Shown here in pieces: positions 1-8,952 of a stretch of DNA of 64,000 nt. The stretch's first letter is position 1, and every line of letters starts with the position of its first letter. The notes under the pieces were generated by a model. The model saw nothing but the letters and a program-made list of their open reading frames with translations. It ran no database searches and was not told the DNA's origin. The stretch is from an uncultured virus (IMG/VR IMGVR_UViG_3300025769_000102). Lineage: Duplodnaviria > Heunggongvirae > Uroviricota > Caudoviricetes. The stretch lies in the IMG/VR virus record IMGVR_UViG_3300025769_000102. One strand, given 5' to 3'. The position numbers were made by a program, and so were the translations under genes.

Positions 1-234
1 TTCTCGACTTCTTGCAGAATCTCTATCCTTTATTTCAAGTTCATACATTTCTTTAGTCTTGGCTAATGCTTCCTTCTTATCCTCAGGACTAATCTTATCA
101 TCTCTTTCAATAAGGTTTTTAACCATTCCCAAAACTCCTGCATCAGGAATTAAATTACCTGCAATGTCAAGTATGTGAGGAGCAGTATTTCCCAAAAATT
201 TTCCAAGTTTTGTATCTTTAAATTTCTTTTCCAT
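1..234 (-). CDS. Holin-like membrane protein, 5' part only (runs off window edge); paralog of 55902..56345
   Basis: Manual translation MEKKFKDTKLGKFLGNTAPHILDIAGNLIPDAGVLGMVKNLIERDDKISPEDKKEALAKTKEMYELEIKDRDSARSRE is nearly identical to the N-terminus of 55902..56345; directly follows an endolysin. Confidence 0.7.
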   Translation of the reverse strand, partial: MEKKFKDTKLGKFLGNTAPHILDIAGNLIPDAGVLGMVKNLIERDDKISPEDKKEALAKTKEMYELEIKDRDSARSRE

Positions 235-239
235 AATTT

Positions 240-686
240 TTATACATCAAATAAATAAACTTTCGGATTCTTTTCATCTTGGAATACGTCTAAGTGTACC
301 CAATTAATTGGACTGCCCTTTAAATTACGTTCTAATCGTACTTTGCAAGGAAACTTCTCAGGATGCGTTTTAATCCATTCTCTCACCTCGTTTGGTGTTA
401 CCCCTTCAATATTAAAATCAAATGCCTTACCCATCATATGAGCCGATAAATAGATGCTTTTTTTATTCTTTACCATTGGGCTTTGATTATGTCGCAAACC
501 TCTTTGACTAAATGTACTTCCAAATGCCCAATTATTAATTGTAATTGGATTACCGAAATGCTCACGAATAATTAATAAACATTCAAGCAATTTTTCGTCA
601 AAGAACTTCCAAGCACCTTCTCCGTGACGATTGTAAACTTCTGCGTCAACCAATTCTTTAATGTCAAAGTATTCCTTAATCTTCAT
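240..686 (-). CDS. Endolysin, peptidase M15 family
   Basis: R..S-x-H-x-x-G-x-A-x-D (SAHMMGKAFD) and WVHLD zinc-binding motifs. Confidence 0.85.
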   Translation of the reverse strand: MKIKEYFDIKELVDAEVYNRHGEGAWKFFDEKLLECLLIIREHFGNPITINNWAFGSTFSQRGLRHNQSPMVKNKKSIYLSAHMMGKAFDFNIEGVTPNEVREWIKTHPEKFPCKVRLERNLKGSPINWVHLDVFQDEKNPKVYLFDV

Positions 687-990
687 TTGACTTCTTTTTG
701 TTTACTCTTTTCTTAGCAGTCAATACAATTCTTTCCTCCAACCTTGCAATAGTTTCTGTTTGCTTCATTAGGATAGAATTATACTCTTCCAACTTTGCTC
801 GTAAAACTGCAATCTCTTCCTTCAGTTCTTGAATCGTTTCTTCGTGGTTTCGGACAATTGCTGCTGCCTGAATTGTTGCTACAATCCACCCTGTGATTTT
901 TTTGTAGTTTACAATAAAACCAAAAGCCAAAGCTGCAATTATTACTGTGCTAAATCCATGCTTGTTTACTAAATCTAAAAACTGCTCCAT
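676..990 (-). CDS. Membrane-anchored coiled-coil protein (lysis accessory/holin-like)
   Basis: N-terminal hydrophobic helix plus coiled coil; C-terminus RLEERIVLTAKKRV resembles KLEERMLHVAKNRV of 62087..62347. Confidence 0.55.
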   Translation of the reverse strand: MEQFLDLVNKHGFSTVIIAALAFGFIVNYKKITGWIVATIQAAAIVRNHEETIQELKEEIAVLRAKLEEYNSILMKQTETIARLEERIVLTAKKRVNKKKSNED

Positions 991-995
991 CTGTA

Positions 996-1193
996 TTATA
1001 GTTCTTCGTTGATTATCGGCATAGCTTCCACCTCTTCCATTTCTGAAAGGTAATTACTATTTTTAATAATGTACCAAAATCCATCTACTTCGTAAGGCTC
1101 TGCCCATTGAGTAGTCGTTCCGCTATAATTCTGTCCTGACGTTACAAATGCGTTGTAAGCATCGCACTCTGCTTTTGTTCCTTTATAATACAT
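996..1193 (-). CDS. Small tail-fibre-associated protein, near-identical copy of 62412..62609
   Basis: 65 aa; about 9 nt differences in 198 versus the other copy; follows tail protein. Confidence 0.75.
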   Translation of the reverse strand: MYYKGTKAECDAYNAFVTSGQNYSGTTTQWAEPYEVDGFWYIIKNSNYLSEMEEVEAMPIINEEL

Positions 1194-1195
1194 AT

Positions 1196-3160
1196 TTAAT
1201 AAATTGTGTAATGTGTATTTATGTTAGTTTCAATTGCTGCTCTATTACCTGATTGGTCGGATGGGTAAAGTATTAATTCTTGGATAGTACCTTCTAAAAA
1301 ATGTTCTGCACCGTCATTCCTTGCACCGATAACAAAATATTCTGTATTTGAATAAAAATTTGTACTCGCTCTTGTTTGTAAAGCATCTTGATTAACACTA
1401 ATACTGACATTTGAATTAGTATGCTTTGCGAAAAATAAATTTTGAAGCCCATTTAATAAAGTTGTAGGATTAGCAGTTTGACCATCTCCGTTATCTGCGA
1501 AGTATTTTCCAATGTTATAGCAACCAAGTCTAACCCTACCTATTTGGTAAGGATTACCTGTTCCTCCAAATGAATCATAAATAAAGTTAAAATCGAGTTC
1601 ATCTACTATTTTAGAAACTGCAAAAGTTGTAACTGTTCCTCCTACTGATAATTCATTTTGAATATAATCAGTTGTTCCATTAAACTTAACGCTTATCTTA
1701 CCATTCTCATTTATAACTGACCCACTACTTACAATTTGAGGTTGTGCAGATTGTGATACTTGTGTTGCATCATTATTCCCTACACCACTTTGGTCATACC
1801 ATTTAGCAACAAAAACATCTCCACCATTTGCAAAAGAAAGTAAAGAAGCTGTGTCTAAACTACCATCATAAAGGAAACCAATATCTTGAACAGCATTATC
1901 AGAACTTCTTCTAACCTCAATCGCAGCACCTGTATAAGCTGAGTTTAATGCTCGTAACGAATAGGCTGCCGCAGCGTTTGGATAATCATCTAATAAACCT
2001 GTTTGAGAACCGTCCCAATAGATGTTGTAATTTGAGTTTATGTTAGATTCAATACCTGCTTTGTTTTCTGATTGGTCGGAGTTATATGCTATAACCTCTT
2101 GAATTGTACCATTTAAGAATCTTGTTGCTACTTGACTACCTAACACTAAACCATTATTTTCGGTAGTTCCAACGTATGTGTCCGTAGTTCCTACTACTCC
2201 ATCTTTGTAGGAACTCATATTCTTAGAAGAATCAATAAAAGCAGATAACAATCTTTGATTTGCAGTATTCGAATACGATGCTAAATCAGAAGTATAAGTG
2301 ATTATCTCGGATGATGTTACTATTAAATTTCTCTTGACAGTAGTCCTTCTGTCGTTAAAAACTCTTATTGTGTAATTGTTTATTGAGTATTGGGAATGGA
2401 TTACTCCTGCAGATTCCGATACATCATTATTAGATACAGAAAAATAAGATACATCAGTAGTGTTTATAAACGCACTTGTAAAGTTAGATATATTATCATC
2501 TGTCCCATCAAATTTAACCGCAGGTGTACCATTTCTTTCTATGACAATCCCACTACTAACTATTTTAGGTTGTGCAGATTGGCTAATTTGTGCTACATCA
2601 TTCCCTTCTCCACTCTGGTCGTACCACTTAGTTACAAAGACATCTCCACCATCTGCAAAAGAAAGTAAAGAAGTTGTATCTAATTCTCCATTTACAAATC
2701 CAATATTTTGAATAGAGGTTTCACCACCAACTGTTTTTCTTACTTCAATAGCTGGACCTGTGTAATCAGTTCTTAGTTTTCTTAAAGAGTAAGCTGCAGC
2801 AGCATCAGGATATAAGTCTAATAGTAATTGAACTGCGCCAGGTTTTGTTCCACCAACAACAGAGTTGTAAGCCATTATAGTACCACTATCTATTGTCATA
2901 CTTTGGAATGACTCCCCTTGTGGTGCAACTATCAATGCTCCTTGTTTTAATGTAACCCCACTAAGACTCATAGATGCCTTGTAGTCTACATCGTTAGCAG
3001 CTGTTGAAGAATCCCCACCCGTAAGTACAGATATAACTGCATCCTCCTGAACAATAAACTCATTAGAGTTTACATTGGTGTGTGCTGCTACCCCTAAGTA
3101 CTTAGACCCAAATTGGTTCAAGAGTAGTTCCTCGCCTTGTTGATATATTGGGTTTACCAT
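1196..3160 (-). CDS. Tail fibre / receptor-binding protein with two tandem ConA/LamG-like modules
   Basis: Two internal repeats LLD.YP.AAAAYSLR.L...KWYDQSG..N..Q...QP.IV...FDG...G.IQE.I.Y.SDQS.N. Confidence 0.75.
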   Translation of the reverse strand: MVNPIYQQGEELLLNQFGSKYLGVAAHTNVNSNEFIVQEDAVISVLTGGDSSTAANDVDYKASMSLSGVTLKQGALIVAPQGESFQSMTIDSGTIMAYNSVVGGTKPGAVQLLLDLYPDAAAAYSLRKLRTDYTGPAIEVRKTVGGETSIQNIGFVNGELDTTSLLSFADGGDVFVTKWYDQSGEGNDVAQISQSAQPKIVSSGIVIERNGTPAVKFDGTDDNISNFTSAFINTTDVSYFSVSNNDVSESAGVIHSQYSINNYTIRVFNDRRTTVKRNLIVTSSEIITYTSDLASYSNTANQRLLSAFIDSSKNMSSYKDGVVGTTDTYVGTTENNGLVLGSQVATRFLNGTIQEVIAYNSDQSENKAGIESNINSNYNIYWDGSQTGLLDDYPNAAAAYSLRALNSAYTGAAIEVRRSSDNAVQDIGFLYDGSLDTASLLSFANGGDVFVAKWYDQSGVGNNDATQVSQSAQPQIVSSGSVINENGKISVKFNGTTDYIQNELSVGGTVTTFAVSKIVDELDFNFIYDSFGGTGNPYQIGRVRLGCYNIGKYFADNGDGQTANPTTLLNGLQNLFFAKHTNSNVSISVNQDALQTRASTNFYSNTEYFVIGARNDGAEHFLEGTIQELILYPSDQSGNRAAIETNINTHYTIY

Positions 3161-3170
3161 ATTATTTATT

Positions 3171-4403
3171 TTATTGTACTATTCTTGCGTGCCACACTGC
3201 TACGTTATTAGTATTAGATATTAATTTTAAAGTTGCAGAAGAATATCTATTTGTAAGTACAAAGTTAGATAACCCATTTATGGTTCCTGGATTAGCTCCA
3301 AGGTCTACCCTTACAGTTAATGTAGGTTGTGGCTGACCTACTCCAGAAGGCGTGCTATTATTTACAACTTCTATCTCTGTTCCAACTGTAAATTCCTCTA
3401 TAGATGATGCAGATGGTAATGTTAAAAACTTAGTATTAGACCCACCAAAAGAACCCTCAAAATTTATGTACTTACCACTGTCAGATAGCAATAGTGTTTT
3501 TGAATCTGCGGTAACTGTAATAATTGGTCTGTACCCTTGTATAGATACATTACCATCAATTCCTGTTACGGCAGTAACACCTGTGTTAGATAAACTAACC
3601 TCACCAGAAAACGCTCTAGGAGTAGCAACTTGAGTTGAACTACCAATCCATACATTTGCAGATGGTATGTTAGGTACGTCATTAGACCTACCAGTCGCAA
3701 TTATTTGTATACTACCAGCCCCAACTCCTGCGGATTTTAATATTATTCCAATGTTCTGTATTAAGTTACCTTGGTCTGGCTTAATACCTGTAAATCCTCC
3801 TCCAACTTTAACGTAAACTATATCCCCTACTCCTGGACTACCTTGAAGGTTGTTTGTTGCTATTCCGTCTAGAACACCAACAACAATCATTTCTCCAACC
3901 TCACCTTGTTCTATATCATTTGCCGCAACACCAACACAAGGCATTTTTGACCCTTGAGACGAATCAGCCTTACCTACAATTACTATAGATGTGCTATTAT
4001 TCCAACCTACTACATATAGAGGGTCTCCCTTAAATAAAGTTTCACCAGCCTCTATCGTTTCAATTACTTGTTGGTCTACAAAATCGTAACCTGTTCTACC
4101 AGCATTTACTGCTAATACTTGACTCCTATTGCTTGAAAGCAAACCTTCTTTACCAGTACCCCCATTAGCAACACCAACAACTCCTAACCCAACAGTTCCT
4201 GTAGTTGTTATAATACCACCCGTTAATGGAGCAGCAAACGTAATCTGGGTTACAGTACCAGTTCCACCACTACCACCACCACCTAAGGCTAATACGTTAG
4301 CGACAGTAACCTTCTTGGTTGAGTTGTCTACACTATCTATAATTAAGAACTCATCTGCCGTGGAGGGCGCACCCTTTACTGGGTATGTATAATTTATTGC
4401 CAT
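3171..4403 (-). CDS. Tail fibre protein (start placed at MAINYTYP)
   Basis: Gly/Thr/Val-rich fibre sequence (GGGGSGGTGTVT, GVANGGTG); central part homologous to 63510..64000. Confidence 0.7.
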   Translation of the reverse strand: MAINYTYPVKGAPSTADEFLIIDSVDNSTKKVTVANVLALGGGGSGGTGTVTQITFAAPLTGGIITTTGTVGLGVVGVANGGTGKEGLLSSNRSQVLAVNAGRTGYDFVDQQVIETIEAGETLFKGDPLYVVGWNNSTSIVIVGKADSSQGSKMPCVGVAANDIEQGEVGEMIVVGVLDGIATNNLQGSPGVGDIVYVKVGGGFTGIKPDQGNLIQNIGIILKSAGVGAGSIQIIATGRSNDVPNIPSANVWIGSSTQVATPRAFSGEVSLSNTGVTAVTGIDGNVSIQGYRPIITVTADSKTLLLSDSGKYINFEGSFGGSNTKFLTLPSASSIEEFTVGTEIEVVNNSTPSGVGQPQPTLTVRVDLGANPGTINGLSNFVLTNRYSSATLKLISNTNNVAVWHARIVQ

Positions 4404-4455
4404 TGTTGTTTCTTTTTTAGTTTTGCTTGTACAGCCTTTGGTAACTCCTTCATAT

Positions 4456-4656
4456 CTATTTCTTTTTATCTTCTTCCATCTTGTCAATTATCTCAATAGC
4501 TTTGATGTTTGCGTATGTTTGTTTTTGAAAATTAGTACCACACTTTTGTCCTGCTGGTATGTCTAAAACTTTCCCATCAGGTAGTAATATCTGCTTAGTA
4601 TCACTAAGTATAGCTTTGCTAATCTCAGTAGCAAACTTCATATCGTTGTAACCCAT
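4456..4656 (-). CDS. Hypothetical protein
   Basis: ORF in the - strand late gene run. Confidence 0.5.
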   Translation of the reverse strand: MGYNDMKFATEISKAILSDTKQILLPDGKVLDIPAGQKCGTNFQKQTYANIKAIEIIDKMEEDKKK

Positions 4657-4667
4657 TTAATTTAATT

Positions 4668-4934
4668 TTATTTCTTTTCTTTTTTAGTACCGTTACCGTC
4701 ATTACCACGGTTACGCTTTACAGACTTAAACTTACCGTCCTTGTGGTCGTAGTCCTTACCTCTTATATCCACCCCGTTTTTCTTGGCCTCGATTCTCTTT
4801 TTTCGGTTCTCAGCCTTCATCTTCATCCTCCTAGGGCTTTTAGCTATCTCTAAGTCTGTCTCCTCTTTTCTTTTTCTAGCTTTTGGACTTAAATAATCCT
4901 GCTTAGGTCCACCTTTTTTCTTTGGTTTAGCCAT
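4668..4934 (-). CDS. Small basic protein with degenerate HNH-like motif
   Basis: GKDYDHKDG...RNRG; strongly Lys-rich. Confidence 0.5.
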   Translation of the reverse strand: MAKPKKKGGPKQDYLSPKARKRKEETDLEIAKSPRRMKMKAENRKKRIEAKKNGVDIRGKDYDHKDGKFKSVKRNRGNDGNGTKKEKK

Positions 4935-5329
4935 TATTTTAAAAATTTACCGTCTTCAAATCTTTTATTCTTCCAATTACCTTCTCTAGCAAACTTTTTC
5001 ATCCTATTGCTTGACTTAAACTCAAACATCTCTCCCCTTTCTTTAGCTTCATCTTGGCTTTGCTCCTTCCACTCTCCAGAATCACTCTTATATATTGACG
5101 GCCAAGCTAACTTATCGCCATCATCTTCCATAAGATGAGTTGACCTACCTTCGTAACCATCAATTTGCGTGTCACTGTCCCTCATTCTCCTAGCTTTATG
5201 CCCCTTAAGAAGCTTTATGTTGTCTTCACCTATTTTATCTGCAAGACGTTTTCTTGGTAATCTTTTTTTTCTAAAATTAAAGCTATCTTCACCTATCTGG
5301 TGAAGCATTGATTTAGTTTTGTAGCCCAT
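4934..5329 (-). CDS. Hypothetical late protein with MGYKTKSM N-terminus
   Basis: Stop/start coupled to next gene; N-terminal octapeptide shared with 58440..59480. Confidence 0.6.
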   Translation of the reverse strand: MGYKTKSMLHQIGEDSFNFRKKRLPRKRLADKIGEDNIKLLKGHKARRMRDSDTQIDGYEGRSTHLMEDDGDKLAWPSIYKSDSGEWKEQSQDEAKERGEMFEFKSSNRMKKFAREGNWKNKRFEDGKFLK

Positions 5330-5468
5330 AATATTAACTTTATTTTGTAGCTGTTAAGAAATAACAGTCCACACTATATATTATTACCGATAATATTAGT
5401 TTTTTCCATAAAAGTTTTGTAACTTAGCACCGTTGATTGTTTATCACTAATGTTTTCATTGAGTTTAG

Positions 5469-5504
5469 AAGGGGGTGTTGTTTATTACAGCACCTCCTTT
5501 TTTT
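5469..5504. terminator. Intrinsic terminator-like hairpin
   Basis: AAGGGGGTGTTGT / ACAGCACCTCCTT stem followed by T run on +. Confidence 0.6.
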
Positions 5505-5934
5505 ATCTAATCCTCCTTTTCAACGTACTCAAGCTAATGTTCAATGCATCGGCTATATAAGCTAAAGGTTCATTCGGTAGAATCCCTTTAATCAACTCAA
5601 ACTTCTCCTTCACACCCAAACTTTCGTCCTCAGATATCTTCTTTACCTTCTTAGAGTCCTTATACAAAGAATCAAACCCATTTATAATACTCCTAGACAT
5701 ACTAACTCTCCTATCCATTAGCTCCTTACTCCAATTGTACGTCCAAAATCTAATAAGGTGGAAGTAGTAGCCGTGAGTCCTGTACTTAAACACAGAATGT
5801 AGCTCCCACTTACCGTCTAAATAGTGCTCCCAAATGAATCCTACCCTGTCATACCTTATCCTGTGGTTATGTGGGTCTGTTAGTTGTAGTAAATGGTCAT
5901 CTGACCACGATGTTTTTGCTTGTGATACTTCCAT
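5503..5934 (-). CDS. Putative DNA-binding protein with C-terminal helix-turn-helix
   Basis: LAYIADALNISLSTLKRRIR; own TAnnTTTG promoter element upstream. Confidence 0.6.
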   Translation of the reverse strand: MEVSQAKTSWSDDHLLQLTDPHNHRIRYDRVGFIWEHYLDGKWELHSVFKYRTHGYYFHLIRFWTYNWSKELMDRRVSMSRSIINGFDSLYKDSKKVKKISEDESLGVKEKFELIKGILPNEPLAYIADALNISLSTLKRRIR

Positions 5935-5970
5935 AAATGTGTCTAGGGTTTAAATATGTAAATTATGGTA

Positions 5971-5978
5971 CAAATGTA
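5971..5978 (-). promoter_or_regulatory. Bacteroidota sigma-A -7 element
   Basis: TACATTTG on - strand upstream of the HTH gene. Confidence 0.55.
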
Positions 5979-6385
5979 CACATAATTATTGACGTGACCC
6001 TCTGTTTTTAAAATTGGAGGGTCAAGAAAAATAAAGAAAGTAAGTAGTACAAGGGGTGTAGAGGAGGGGGTGGTGTCTCTTATAGAGTGGTTTTTTTACC
6101 ACGTCACATATTTAGGGATTTGGGGTTATAACACCGCACGCACCCGCCGAAGCTCACGGAAAATCGGTTTCATTTTACCCACCTCCCCCCCTTTTTTTAC
6201 CTTTTCGCCTTACCTTTTCGGGTTTTCCCCTCATTTCACCAACTATTTAGACTTTTTTGCGCAGGATTCCGACATTAATACGATGAGAATAGATACAAGG
6301 TGTAACACAATACTATGTTTTAACCCTAAAATAAAACAATAAACAAAACTTTACTTTCTAGCTACATCAGTACATTGAGAGCAAT

Positions 6386-6401
6386 GTGTCGTTGACGACA
6401 C
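6386..6401. repeat. 16-bp palindrome, copy 1
   Basis: GTGTCGTTGACGACAC. Confidence 0.95.
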
Positions 6402-6443
6402 AAATTAATTCTATGTTATCCACAAATAACCAACATTTATAGT

Positions 6444-6451
6444 TATATTTG
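6444..6451 (+). promoter_or_regulatory. Bacteroidota sigma-A -7 element of first early operon
   Basis: TATATTTG about 40 nt upstream of ATG 6494. Confidence 0.65.
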
Positions 6452-6493
6452 CATCGGCAATTGTGCCAATTATAAACTTTTTTTTTTAAAATT

Positions 6494-7156
6494 ATGAGTG
6501 AAATAACAACAACAACGGGAGTTTTGCCAATCGAAGCTAACTTCCTAACGAGAACAGATGTTCGAATGAATGCACGTTTAAATGAGATTAACCAATGTTC
6601 CGAAGACCTTAGAACATCAGAAGGGGTTAAGTATTCCATTTCCTTAAGAATGGCAGCACATCTCACCAAGTCAAACGAATGGTTCAAAAGCGATGCAGCA
6701 AAGGAATTAATGGCTGAAGAAGGTATCGAATGGAGCAAAAAAGAATTTGTCGAAAAGTCAACGGGAATCAGTTATACTTGGTTCTGTAAGCTAGTGAAAG
6801 CAGCCAAATGGGACGAAGTCATCAGAGATGCCTATAGACGTTATAATGAGGAACATAACGGCACGTTATCAATTGAAGGGTTAAACAAATTTGCTAGTAG
6901 TGTCAATCTAGATGAACTACTTGCAGCCAATGGAGAAGATGAGTTAGAAGATGCAATTATAGATGCAGTTTTGCTAGAGCAAGAGACTGAAGCAGCGGAA
7001 GTTAATGCAGCACCAGAAACGATTTTTACAATATCGTTTAAATGCGAAAGCGGCAATGTAGCTGCTAGAATTGACGAACTAGGTAACTTAATAACCACAA
7101 ATTCAGATGCACAAATTATAGATGCAATTGCTTTCTTAAGAAGTAAATTGTCTTAA
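6494..7156 (+). CDS. Hypothetical early protein
   Basis: 220-aa ORF, first gene after promoter, A-rich leader. Confidence 0.75.
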   Translation: MSEITTTTGVLPIEANFLTRTDVRMNARLNEINQCSEDLRTSEGVKYSISLRMAAHLTKSNEWFKSDAAKELMAEEGIEWSKKEFVEKSTGISYTWFCKLVKAAKWDEVIRDAYRRYNEEHNGTLSIEGLNKFASSVNLDELLAANGEDELEDAIIDAVLLEQETEAAEVNAAPETIFTISFKCESGNVAARIDELGNLITTNSDAQIIDAIAFLRSKLS

Positions 7157-7185
7157 TTAATTATAAACTTTTAAAACTTAAAAAA

Positions 7186-8103
7186 ATGATACTAGGTATA
7201 AATTTCAACGAAATATTTGCGGCTAACTGTGAAGACTTAACCGTCTCAGACAGATATAGCGGCGAAAGAAGGGTAGTGACTAGACACACATTGCTGAGAT
7301 ATCACGATGTTGGACGAATGGGAGTTATAGACTACACCAAAGGAGCAAAGAAAAGCGACATTAAGACAATGTCAAAGGCTGACAAGGTTAACGTAATAGC
7401 TGCTGAAGATGGACAATTTGAGTCTAGATTTGGTATAGGTTTTGAGATTGAGAAGAATCGTATTCCGAACAAACTTGCAACACCATTGATAGCAGGTTAT
7501 GAGTCTGATAGTAGTTGTGGTGAAGAAGCAGTAACCAACATCATTCCTTTGGTGGGCAAAGGTACATTGAGAAACAAGGTTAACAATATGATATTTGAAG
7601 CAAAATTAATTTTAGAAGATAGTTATTCACCTAGCAACTATAGCTGCGGAGGTCACGTTACACTATCTTGCAAAGGATTGTCTGGTGAAGAGTTATTTAA
7701 CGCAGTGAAACCGTTTATGGGCGTCGTTTATGCACTATTTAGAAAGCGATTGCTCAACACATATTGCAATAAAAATACTAGATTAGAAAGCAATTATGAC
7801 TATAGTAGATATTGCTCAGTTTTACAAAAGTCAAATGTTATTGAGATTAGATTGGTATCTAAATTTGAGACTACAAAGCAGTTAATGAGACGATACGAAT
7901 TAATGTATGAACTGTTAAACTTTGCCGTTAACAACCCAAATGGTAAGTTTAGTTCATTTCTTAAAAAAGTTAAACCAATCATCTCTAGAATGTACGCAGG
8001 TGACCAAGAAAAGGTTAAAGAAATCATATCACTATCTAATTCATTTAAGAAGTACATCGACAAAGGTACTATTTCAGACAACATTGCAGAATATGTAAGT
8101 TGA
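7186..8103 (+). CDS. Putative amidoligase (COOH-NH2 ligase, glutamine synthetase-like fold)
   Basis: FGIGFEIE, ESDSSC..E, SCGGHV, RY and IEIR motifs. Confidence 0.75.
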   Translation: MILGINFNEIFAANCEDLTVSDRYSGERRVVTRHTLLRYHDVGRMGVIDYTKGAKKSDIKTMSKADKVNVIAAEDGQFESRFGIGFEIEKNRIPNKLATPLIAGYESDSSCGEEAVTNIIPLVGKGTLRNKVNNMIFEAKLILEDSYSPSNYSCGGHVTLSCKGLSGEELFNAVKPFMGVVYALFRKRLLNTYCNKNTRLESNYDYSRYCSVLQKSNVIEIRLVSKFETTKQLMRRYELMYELLNFAVNNPNGKFSSFLKKVKPIISRMYAGDQEKVKEIISLSNSFKKYIDKGTISDNIAEYVS

Positions 8104-8107
8104 CGAG

Positions 8108-8123
8108 GTGTCGTTGACGACAC
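8108..8123. repeat. 16-bp palindrome, copy 2
   Basis: GTGTCGTTGACGACAC, 4 nt after amidoligase stop. Confidence 0.95.
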
Positions 8124-8137
8124 AATTAAAACCGCAG

Positions 8138-8165
8138 CCTCAAGACGTCAATGTCTTGGGGTTTT
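8138..8165 (+). terminator. Terminator-like hairpin
   Basis: CCTCAAGAC / GTCTTGGGG stem then TTTT. Confidence 0.6.
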
Positions 8166-8203
8166 GTGGGTAGGCGATGTTGCCTAATTTAATCTTATTT
8201 ATT

Positions 8204-8452
8204 ATGAAATGTTATGTTATTAAAAAAAGAGACGGTCAATTTTGGCAGTTGGATTCAAATGAATTTGACACCATAGCTGAAGCTAGAGTTAAGCTATCTA
8301 AAATAGCTGATGAATTAGCTGAGGGTGAATGGTGGAGTTATAACAATGATGAGTTGATATATGATGTATACACCTACAAAGTTGTCAAGTCATCAAGTGT
8401 AAGCTATGACCATAGCTATGGTGGTAGAAATTTTATTTCAATCAATCAGTAA
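8204..8452 (+). CDS. Hypothetical early protein
   Basis: ORF with ATTATG start context. Confidence 0.6.
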   Translation: MKCYVIKKRDGQFWQLDSNEFDTIAEARVKLSKIADELAEGEWWSYNNDELIYDVYTYKVVKSSSVSYDHSYGGRNFISINQ

Positions 8453-8513
8453 ACAATCACAGAGGGGGGAGTATTTCCCTCCTCTAACTAAAACTAATTT
8501 AAAACAAAACAAA

Positions 8514-8699
8514 ATGGAAAAGTATATCATCACAATCAAGAGTTACTACAACAACAAGTACCGTAACATCTACAGAGAGTTTGATTCTCAAGACAATCTA
8601 AACAAGTATGTATCTGCCGTAAATAATAGTGGGTATTCAAAGGTCATAGGGATTAAGAATGTAACAGAGCAGAGGTTAAAAAATGAATACGGTTACTAA
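8514..8699 (+). CDS. Hypothetical early protein
   Basis: ORF with A-rich leader between a hairpin and a terminator. Confidence 0.6.
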   Translation: MEKYIITIKSYYNNKYRNIYREFDSQDNLNKYVSAVNNSGYSKVIGIKNVTEQRLKNEYGY

Positions 8700-8714
8700 C
8701 AAATTAACATCAAC

Positions 8715-8745
8715 AACCCTACACCTTAAATGGTGTGGGGTTTTT
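8715..8745 (+). terminator. Intrinsic terminator
   Basis: AACCCTACACC / GGTGTGGGGTT stem then T run. Confidence 0.75.
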
Positions 8746-8846
8746 ATTGTGCAATTATGCTATACGATTATAGCGTAAGTACGAACGAAGGAAATAATAA
8801 TATAGGCTTTCCTCGTAAAGAAACTCTAACAAAAGCAATATAAAAA

Positions 8847-8862
8847 GTGTCGTCAACGACAC
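8847..8862. repeat. 16-bp palindrome, copy 3 (opposite orientation of central dinucleotide)
   Basis: GTGTCGTCAACGACAC. Confidence 0.95.
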
Positions 8863-8922
8863 ATTAACAATGAGGGTAACTATTTGACAATCAAGACAAT
8901 GAAAAAAAGATTAAATAAATCA

Positions 8923-8952
8923 TTGTCAATCCAAAAAGTTATCATACATTTG
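8923..8952 (+). promoter_or_regulatory. Bacteroidota sigma-A promoter
   Basis: TTG-N19-TACATTTG. Confidence 0.75.

Noticed and set aside
996..1290. DGR template/variable repeat pair with 62412..62700
   Set aside because: Mismatches are not restricted to adenines of one copy, both copies are intact genes, and no reverse transcriptase is visible
6276..6283. T7-like promoter TAATACGA
   Set aside because: Only 8 nt match, single copy, and no single-subunit RNA polymerase in the window
6070..6342. 90-aa GTG ORF in the divergence region
   Set aside because: Low-complexity translation of homopolymer tracts and no A-rich leader; probably non-coding
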